Position numbers and translations under genes: made by a program
Notes under the pieces: generated by a model
Told to the model about the DNA's origin: nothing
The model's database searches: none
The model's input: the letters and a program-made list of their open reading frames with translations, nothing else
Assembly: GCF_009914755.1 (NCBI RefSeq)
Contig: NC_060929.1
DNA length: 64,000 nt
Reading direction: 5' to 3' (one strand)
Source: the human T2T-CHM13v2.0 reference genome, Homo sapiens
In this document: one piece after another, positions 52,280 to 64,000 of the stretch
How the letters are laid out: each line of letters begins with the position of its first letter
Numbering within the stretch: the first letter of the stretch is position 1

Positions 52280-52420
52280 TCCTTCATTCACCCAATCAAA
52301 AAGCATTTATTGAGTTTCAAGTCTGTACCAGGTACTAGACTAAGTAACAGAATACAAAAATAAGTAAGATGCAGTCCAGGCCTCGTGAAGTTCACAGTCC
52401 AATAGATCATCAAGAAATAC
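52280..52420 (-). mobile_element. L2 3' end
   Basis: agcatttattgagttt...gtaccaggtact...ataagtaagatgcagtcc...gttcacagtcca. Confidence 0.75.
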
Positions 52421-54349
52421 CAAAACACCAAACCAAATTAAACCAAACCAACAAAAACCAATTACAAGAACATAATAACAATAGTCATAGTGATATGCTC
52501 AAGACGTCATTTTTGGTAAGATGTCCTCTCAAAACTCTAAACTCCCACCCTGTGTCCCTTATATTCCAGCAGTCCTGGAATGATGTGATACATGGCAAAG
52601 GCAAGTTCAATGGATATTTTTTAGACCTCTTATCGGAATATTAAATGGAAAAAATTAACATAATAATGGCATTACAATTTTAAGTCAGATTATGGCATAT
52701 GGAAGCTAAAAATGCTCCTTGCTGGCAACGTTTCAATCTCTGGAAAAACCTTTAAGTCATTAAAGGTAGTTGACAAGTATTTCTGGTCTGACTTTCCCCT
52801 AGTTTCTTTTTTGTGCTCTCCGATGCAATGTTTCTGGCTTTCTTGTCTCCTCCCAGGCGGCAGATGTGGGCATCACTGTTTGCCCTTAGTGATCCTCGAG
52901 CACATACTTGTGAATTTGGTTTTTAGAGTGTTCGGAAATTGATGACATATATTATCAGAAGAGGTGGTGAAGCAAAAATACTGTAGTTGTTAAATCTCTG
53001 AGTTTCTTTCTTTTTTTTTTTTTGTTTTACTTTTCTCTGAAGATAACCCCGTATGATTTCCTCCAGCCCTACCCTGTTCCTTCAGCACTTTCCCATTCCT
53101 ATTCAATATCCATCTTTTTCTTTCATGCTGTCTTTTGTAGTCATGAACCAGGATCCTCTCCTGGTGAGAGTGGCCCTCACTCTTGCTCAATCTAGCATAC
53201 TTAGTAACACATATGCTTCCTGAATTTTCGTGTTCCTGCATATTCTACTTTCAGTATCTTTGCAAATCAGTACCTGAACTAGAAGAGTTTTTCAGAAAAA
53301 TGCATGTTTCCTTTTAATTCCAGAGTCTCTAATTCTATTTCTTTTCTTCCAATTCAGAAAATTTTATTTCTTTATAATTTAAAACCATTATTCTGTAGTT
53401 ATACTTCTCTGAGTTTGTTATAAAACCAGAGCCTAGGATTGTTTGGGTCTTATTGGCTCCCTGCCCAATATTCCCCAGTTAGTTAACTCCATATACAACA
53501 ACCTTGATAAATGATATAGAATATTATACAAGCAATGCTTTCTCTCTGACCTCCTCATGTTTGGGAAGATCGTAGTTTTAATGTCTTTATTCTTTTCTTT
53601 GGGAAATATGTGAGGTCTGAGTATCTGTCTCTTTGCACTTAACATTTGCACCCAATTAAATGCTCAGCAAGCAGACACAAGGGGAAAAAAAAGGAAGAAC
53701 TGATAGCTACTAGGACATACATGAGAAAGAAAAGGGCAAAAGGGAAATTCTGCCTAGTAAATTGTCACAGCACATCACTTAACTAAAGTGGCACTACTTG
53801 AGAGTAAGCTTTGGCTACTCAGAGAGGTCTTCCTAGAATTTTCTGTTCTCATGAAGATCTCTTCAGGTAAGTGTAGATTTCATCAGAATGAATAACTTTA
53901 CCTCTGAATGGGTACTTGCTGTAATGAATTTGTTTTGCATATCTATTCCTATTAGGCTAGCGTAAAGTAATACTTAGGTGTTTTGAAAATCAGCTTGGAA
54001 AGAAAATCTCTATGCTTATGTTTACAAGAACGACATGCTATATTTTACAATGTTTTTTTAGTTGGTGCCAAAAATAGTTCAGCTCTGCAATGAGGCACTG
54101 GAATCAGATTTGATTTAGCATGACACACAAGCTAAAGAAACCAAGTCCTCAGCATTGTTGCTAGCAGAATGAGGAATCCACCATTCTAAACTTTTAATTA
54201 GTTGATAATGCTTAAGTAGACAATCGAGATGTGATTTTATCATTTGCATTTTGTAATGGTTTTCATTTTGACCAAAGTTTTTAGGTCTGCTCCAATTATT
54301 GCCCTAATTCCCTCATGCCTACTATTATTATTCCTTAGGTCTCTAAAAA

Positions 54350-54746
54350 AACATATGTAGGTTAAACTGCTATAACAAAGAAATTCCCACATGTATAATG
54401 GTTCACACACAATAGACATTAAATTCTTGCTCATATCACAGGCTGGAGTTGGTAGTTAGTAGGTGGCTTTTCTCCAAATTATGATTTAGAATTTGGATTC
54501 CTTCCAACTTTTGCCACTGCCATCTGCTAGAAACTGGTTAAAACTGGCAACCGGCCAAGAGAGATACATCCACTCTTAAAACCCATGCCCGGAAGTGATG
54601 CACATTATTTACACTTGCATGCCATTAGTGATAACTAAGTCACTTAACCCAGCCTAACTTCAAGAGAGACTGGGAAATGTATTCCAGCCATGTGCCCCAG
54701 ACATAATCTGACTATAATGGAAGGAAAAACACTGGTCTCTGCCACA
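54350..54746 (-). mobile_element. MaLR LTR, MLT1J-like
   Basis: aggttaaactgctataacaaa...gcccggaagtgatgcacatt...cctaacttcaagagagactgggaaatgta...tctctgccaca. Confidence 0.8.
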
Positions 54747-55892
54747 TGTCTACAAGTTTTTCCTTTAAAAAAATCAGCTATACTTCTGGAGATTAGTCTT
54801 TTAGGTGCATATCTCTAGTAGAAGTTCACTAGGATTTTCTATGTTCAAACTTCGGTGCAAATAAGAGATCTCCCTTGGGAAATGATATGATTCCTTTCCA
54901 AATTTTGATCAGATTTTGCATCTAGATAAAAATGACCATGAAGATGTTAAATCAAAGATGTGTACTTTTATTTTCATCACATTTTTTTGAGGCGTCCCTG
55001 AGCATTTTGTCTGAAAAAGGCCTGTGGTATCACACCCATGAATTTGAAGGATTTGAAAATTAAATGTGTAACATGAATTCAATTTTTGTTGTCCATGAAA
55101 CTGATTCTGTCAACAATTAATTATTAATTATCATTTGTTTTTAAGAAACTATTAAATGACTAGTACTGTGCAAGGTGCTAATGGAAATGTAAAGACTCAT
55201 CCTGTGCTCTGAAAATCCTCAATATTGGGTTCAGAATATGTGAAAACGGTGGAAGAGACAAACAAAAACACAGAAAGTGATTTCACGGACAGGCCTAGCA
55301 TTAAAATTTGTTACAGATTTAGTAAAGCGGCACATCCATTGACCTCATATTACATATGACATGGAGTGTTAAGACGCATAGGTGTGTCACAGGAATTTGC
55401 CAGCTCTGATAGGTCTGGTATTTGTATGTTAATGAAGTGAAAAAGATTCAACTCCATTGGATTGACTTAAAGATTTTCAAGAGTCAAAGAGCAGTAAGAA
55501 AAAGTCACCACATCAAGAGTGATTCTCAAATAAATCCTGATATTAAAAACAGCTTCCACCATTAACAGTACATATTTACGGATAAAGTTTTAGACATTTG
55601 TTTATATTATATTAAAAACTTATATGTTATATGTTTAAACTGGTCTGCAGATCTCTTAAGTGACAACATTCATTTTGGATAGATCTGTAATTCATAAAAG
55701 TCTTCTACTCTTGGAACGGTATACTCTTTGTTACCAGAAAAGACTGCCCAGTGTGGTGACTCGGTTAGAAGTTTAACTCTCAGTTACCTAACAGAGGGCA
55801 CAGTTCCATCATTATTATTATTTTTAAATTTGCCTTTATTTATTAATTTGATGTACTAGTAAAGAAAAGGAGAATCTTTTTTTGTGATAGGC

Positions 55893-56270
55893 TTTTTTTT
55901 AATCGAGGTGAAATTCACATGACCCACAACCACTTTAAAGTGTACTATTCAGTGGCATTTAGTACATTAGCAATGTTGTACAACCACCACCTCTCTCTAC
56001 TTTCCATAAGTATTCAATCTCCATATCCCCCTTACCCAGCCCTCTGCAAGCGTGAGTCTCTCCTGTCTCTATAGATTTGCCTATTCTAGACATTTCATAT
56101 AAAAAGAAGCATACAATATGTAATCTGTAATCTTTTGTGATTGGCTTCTTTCACTTAGTATAATATTTTTGAAATTCATACAAGTTGTTACGTGTGTCAA
56201 AACCTCATGCATTTTTTATGGCCAAATAATATTCCATTGGATGTTTATACCACAATTTGTTTATCCATTA
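55893..56270 (-). mobile_element. L1MB-type 3' end
   Basis: gaggtgaaattcacat...aagtgtactattcagtggcatttagtacatt...atttgcctattctagacatttcatata. Confidence 0.88.
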
Positions 56271-56579
56271 ATTTATAACAGGATTTCATTATTGAGGCTT
56301 TATTAATTACATACAGTATGGCTTAACTTAAACAATGACACATTTTGTGCAGCACAATTCCATTTTATTTTTAAAAGTACATACACACATAAAGAAAGAA
56401 AAAGAGAATGAAGGAGGCAAAAGAGAAGTAAGAGACAGAAAGGAAAAAACACTTGGAAGGATGTATTTCAAAATTATTTTCTGAATGTTTGCAGTCAGCA
56501 TACATTAATTTTATATTCAAAATAACTGTCAGTAAGCACATATACAATATCAAGTCTATAAATTGCAGCATTTTATTGC

Positions 56580-57180
56580 ATGCAGGCAGTTTCCAGGCTT
56601 TAGTGTGGGAAAGAAGAAATCAAGCTGAGATTTGCGGTCTCACTGAGTTGAGGAGGCAGTGATCAGAGAGACTAACACAGCTAGAACTGGTGAGGCAGAA
56701 TGCCAAAATGATAGGAGCTACACAGAAAGAGACCTCCATAGATCTTCAGAGGGATCACCTAGAGTCTTTGGCTCAATATTGATCTGCACAAATGCGACAA
56801 GGAATTGCTTGACAACAGAAGAACAACAGAACACAAGAAAGAAATAGATACAATAATTTCCAGAGCTCACACAGAGCTGATAATTGTTTGCATTCTCAGC
56901 AGCAGAGTGAAATAAGCTCATAATCCATGGGCATCAAATAGCAGAATCTTCAAAAGGATATTGCCTTAGAAGTAATATACTTAGGAGTATATTAGCCCTA
57001 GACTAAAGACTGGTCTAGTCTCTCCCTAAACAAAGAATAAAAGAAAGCCTAGAAAGATCCAAATGATTTCAAGTGACTTAACTGTATGCTCCACCCTTAA
57101 AAAAAAAAAATCCAACACAAGTTAAAGTAATATAATATAGCAAACAAAAATGTAAAATTAATACTGTATTGCATCCAATT
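56580..57180 (+). mobile_element. Old L1M 5'-region fragment
   Basis: cactgagttgaggaggcag...gtctttggctcaatattgatctgcac...agccctagactaaagactg. Confidence 0.55.
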
Positions 57181-57184
57181 ACAC

Positions 57185-58845
<1,661 letters not shown>

Positions 58846-58904
58846 CTTATTTACTTTTGTTTTCCAGACAAGCTAACATTGCATCCAAATTTCTTCACTA
58901 TTTA

Positions 58905-59560
<656 letters not shown>

Positions 59561-62059
59561 GACAGCAGAAAGTTGCCAAAGTCCTTAAACCCTGGATTAA
59601 CCAGGTGTTTAGTAAATACCCCTGGCTAACGTGCTATGGAGCAGCTCATGTGAAGCAGGTTTAGGTTTCAGATGTCTGAATAGGCTAGTTCATTCTGAAT
59701 GTTCTTGAGGGTTCACCCTTTCATCTGGCTTTGGCAAAATGTGCTCACCTTATGTTGAAATTGAGCATAGCATGCTTTTTGTCAATTTATTTCATTTTAT
59801 TTCATTTAGTAATTCATATTTTAATAATATTTTACAGAAACATACGGTGTATCAGAAAACCACATTCTGTAACTGGATGTATTAGCAAAAATTTTATGAA
59901 GCTGTCCTCATGATTCAATGATTATTTCTGCTTTCTGAATAAATCTTGGCAATTAAATAATTAATATTTGGCAAATGTAATTTTGTTTATGAAACTTCTG
60001 TTTAAAGTTTGAAGGATAAGGAAAAAATCAGAAATATTTCTTAAACTAAAAATATAAGTAAAATCTAAAGTAATTTCAATGTTTTCTGCTACTATATATT
60101 TTTAGTTATTTATCCACAGAGACTAAAAATCTATTTTACTTTTTTGCTTTTTTCTGAATTTCTAGTTTATCCCTCCATAAAGTCATACATTTTGTTTCCT
60201 TGTATGTCTGATCATTTTAATGCTCTTTCCAAATGAAATTATTTTCCTGTTTTAAATAACTTATATGCTTATAAAGTCACTTATAAACATTTATTTCACA
60301 TTTACATTTGTTTTAATCTTTTAAGACTAGGTACTTGCAATGAATAGAAATCAAATAAAGATATATAATTTTAGCACATCCCATATATTTTGTCTTAAAT
60401 GTCAATACAGAAAATATTGGAAACAACTTTTGGTCACAAAATAAATCTCAAAAGGGTAGGAATGTGCTACAATATTAGAATATAAAGAAAATGATTCTAA
60501 GTTTCTATATCATAATTTTCCTTGCAGTAGATTTTAAAATTAAGAAGTATTCTTTTCAGAGTAGTAAAATGGAAGAGCCTATAAACATCTATGTAAACTA
60601 GTGCTTTAAGAATGTACAACTACAGGCACAATTTTGGCTTTCGTCTATGTATTAAATGCCTGGGAGATCAATGAGGGCTTTTGTAGCATCTGTTGAAAAA
60701 TAGTATGTTATGCTTGAGACATGCTGAAGAAATTGGAGCAGTATTTTCAGCACTCGTCTATGACTTGATGAGAAACAATAAGAGCAACAATATAAGATGC
60801 ATGTCAAGAAAAGGAGGGTTTTAAAAGGTTTGAAAATATTGACATTAATTGTCTTTGAATAAGTTTAGGGAAGCAAGGTCTTCTTAAAGTTTTAATGTTA
60901 GAGCACTGAGATGGTGCATAGATTCTCCTCACAGCATGATGAGCCAGGACCAGATGCGCTTATGGAACAAGTTTCCTTAATGCACATCACATGGAAAACA
61001 ATTTTCAGAATGTAGGTCTTTGTTTCATAAAGCATCCATTTCAATTAATATAAAACCAGAGTCAGATTTGGCAATGATACAGCAAATTAGATTCAGCACA
61101 CTCTGTTCTTGGTGGAGACATACCCCCAAAACCCTGAAACTGGAGTTTTATTAGGAATTTTACATTCTTTGTCTATTATGTATTTGGTTTTAAAATTCAG
61201 CAGTTGTTCCTCTTTCTGAAATATTATCTACAAGGGTCCTAGTTTATCATATTTTAATAAATACAAGGCTCATTAAAAAGGTTGAAAATGGATCCATGTG
61301 GCATGTAAAAGACAAATGGGAAGTGTTGCATTTCGATCTCCTTCAGTCATACTGAGAAACACCTCCAAGCTCATTTATTTGTCATGAGATGACACCTATT
61401 TGAGAAAACTGGATCATGCCTGTCAGTACGTCATAGACATTAAACTACCACCTAACAAATAATCTATAGTTCCTGATAACTAACAAAGCACATCCACGTG
61501 ACCCTCATGGTGGAAGGATTGAGGATCCTTTGTGCTATGCCTGTTTTCATATGTACTTTCCTCCTCCATATTAGCTCTCTAGAATTTTGTGCAGCAATGC
61601 CAAAGTTCTCTAGTTCAGGAGCCTAAACAGAGCTATTCATTGTTCTTTTATTCTTTATTTTCTTACTTTTGTTGATTGGTTAATTCTAGATGAGATGTTC
61701 AATGTTCCCACTGAGAAGTGGCTATTAGGTAAGGATCTTGGAGACTTGAGGGTACTGGTCACATGGGTATGGAGGATTCCATACTGCATTCCAGGCTGAG
61801 GAAGTGGCAAGTGCAAAGACCCTGAATCTAGTAAATATCATTGGTCTTAGATTATGCATCATTTATTAATTCATGCATTTTCTTATACATATATCCACTT
61901 ATTTAACATCTTGTGCATAGTTACTATTTATAAGGCTTTGGGTTAAGCATAGGAAAAAACTGAGGTAAACCATGCATACTAACTATATTAAATAATATAA
62001 ACTTTTAGATTCAAATGTAAGTAAAACATGGATAGTGGTCAGTTTTTCCTCTGCTCTAA

Positions 62060-62490
62060 ACACAACAGGCTTTTTACTCTTCCCAGCACCAACCATACAC
62101 TTCATGCTTTTGTACCTTTTCATTCTGCCTAAAATGTTATTTCCCCATTAACACATGGTTAATACCCTGACTGCCTTCAGAATGTTATTTTAAAAGTGGC
62201 TTTTCAGTAAAGACTTTCTTGGTCACCTCATCTAAAATGTTACCCCCTACAATATTATTTTCCATTTTTCTGCTTTATTACTATAATTTTATACTTAGCA
62301 TGTTTCATCTAACATGCTGTACATTATATTTATTTTGTTTCTTGTCTAACTCCTTCACTAGAATGTAAACTCTATGAGGGTGAATTTTTTTGATCTCTTT
62401 TGTTTATTTTTATTCCTCCAATACCTAGAACAGTTCATGACATATGATAGAATGCTCTGTAATATTTACGGTCAAATGGGTAAATTTGTT
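62060..62490 (+). mobile_element. L2a-type 3' end
   Basis: cactagaatgtaaactctatgaggg...ccaatacctagaacagt...aatattt. Confidence 0.8.
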
Positions 62491-62779
62491 CAGTGAAAAA
62501 TGCAAAGTGCAGGACAACATGTAGAGTTTTGTGTGAAAAGCGGTGAAAATAAGTGTGTGTGTGCTTGTATGTACACAAAACACCCCTGCAAGGGATCATG
62601 AGAAAGCAAATCATTGGTTAAATAAAGGCTGAGAACAGTGTATTTGGAGAGGGAGATTGTTCATTGTATATTTTAAAATACATTTCAACTTCTAACTATG
62701 TGAATTAAATATTCAAAACATCAGTTAAAAGTAAAATAAAATACTCACAAAAAAATACAAGGTAGAGAGTAGCAAGCAC

Positions 62780-63080
62780 AAAGAAAAAGCGGATAAAGGG
62801 CTAGGTGATTTCTAATGAGGGAAACACAGAACAGAGTTGGCTCTGAAGGCTGAGTGCTGGGTGGGCACTACATGACCCTGGAGGAAACAACCCGGGTGAG
62901 GAGAACAGCATGAGTTGTCCAGATGCAGAAAAGACAGGGTACAGCTCTGGAAACAGAGGTAGTTTTGTTCAGCTGGAATCAAACATTTAAAAAACTGGAA
63001 AAAAATGTATCAATAGTTGAGAAAAAAATTGTGGAGGCCTCAATTGCCAGGTTACACAATTTGGATTTGGAATTGTCAAA
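62780..63080 (-). mobile_element. L2 fragment
   Basis: gagttggctctgaaggctgagt...gagaacagcatgag...gtggaggcctcaattgccagg. Confidence 0.55.
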
Positions 63081-63229
63081 TAAGTTCACTCAATAATAAT
63101 AACATGATATACACCCTAAAATTCTATGGTATTGTTAAGGTGCAGATGAACAAGAGTAGACATACATTAACTTAAGAAGCTAGATAAGGCCATCTTGAGA
63201 GGAGAATAGTAGAGGGACAAATTAGACAT

Positions 63230-63620
63230 TTAATATTTTTACAGATTGGTATTTTTCTTACAAAAATTATGATACATATTAACTACAAAAGTATTTAATC
63301 AATATGACATAAATATGGCAAAATTACAGTCTTTACTGTAAATCAGTTTCTCAGAGGTAACTATGTCCTTATAGATACATGTTTACATTATTTTTCTGAA
63401 TTTAAAAAATAAATATATGCTACTTTAATGATGGGGTTCACATTGTGTATACTGTTTTTCAATTTAATTTATTATTTTGGCATCATTACATGCCCATTTG
63501 TACAGGACTAAGACATTCATTTTATAATATATGATGTTCTATTAAGGGGACATATAATTATTTTAAGCAGTTCAATATCAGTAGATATTAGGATTTTTTT
63601 CTGTGTTTTTGTTAAAGACA
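63230..63620 (-). mobile_element. Old L1ME-type 3' fragment
   Basis: ctcagaggtaacta...cacattgtgtatactgtttt...atataattattttaagcagttc...tagatattagg. Confidence 0.55.
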
Positions 63621-63869
63621 ATAAATATTTTCAGTTAAAAATATCTTCAGATATTGCTATATTTTTATTGCTATTGCCCTTAAATTTTCATTGTGTTCAT
63701 GAAGTTGATAGGTATTTGAAAGCTAGCTTCTATTACAAATTACTCAATATAGAAATTCTAACAATGTTAGAGAAAAATTGAGAACCAATTTTGTGTTTTA
63801 GTTATTTATTGGTATAACACACCGCCTCCAAATTTGTTTTTTCTTAACATCAATTTGTTATTTCTTTCT

Positions 63870-64000
63870 GCTTCTGTGTGTTGACTGAGCACCTGTAGGC
63901 ATTTCTCATTTGGAATCATTTATGCTGTTGTAAATAGATGGCACCAGGGTCTGGAGTCATCTGAAGGCTTAAGTGGGCTGGTGCCTAAGATGACCTCTGC
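63870..64000 (-). mobile_element. MLT1 (G/H-like) LTR, cut by the window end
   Basis: gggtctggagtcatctgaaggcttaagtgggctgg...aagatg. Confidence 0.65.

Overview
This is primate, human-like genomic DNA: AT-rich, CpG-depleted, and dense in interspersed repeats (Alu J/S/Y, old L1M, L2, MIR, L3/CR1, MaLR and ERV LTRs, Tigger/hAT/Mariner MITEs). It reads as intronic or intergenic. I found no protein-coding gene, RNA gene, CpG island or CRISPR array. The supplied ORFs are short and repeat-derived or featureless, and I cannot name the locus. The most notable structure is a head-to-head pair of HERV-H solo LTRs 885 bp apart: an LTR7 on the minus strand with four copies of its 51-bp U3 repeat, and an LTR7B/Y-type LTR on the plus strand. 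Each is followed by consensus splice donors, so the pair is a candidate bidirectional early-embryo promoter/enhancer; this is a hypothesis only. Other oddities are mechanistic fossils: a 150-bp templated insertion inside a MER2, a tail-less 82-bp Alu with target-site duplications (TSDs), an old L1 with a 5' inversion, a three-level transposon nest, a MADE1 hairpin and a higher-order minisatellite. I see no evidence for a new multi-gene biological system. Repeat names come from remembered consensus sequences, not a database search, so subfamily calls and the boundaries of old elements are approximate.
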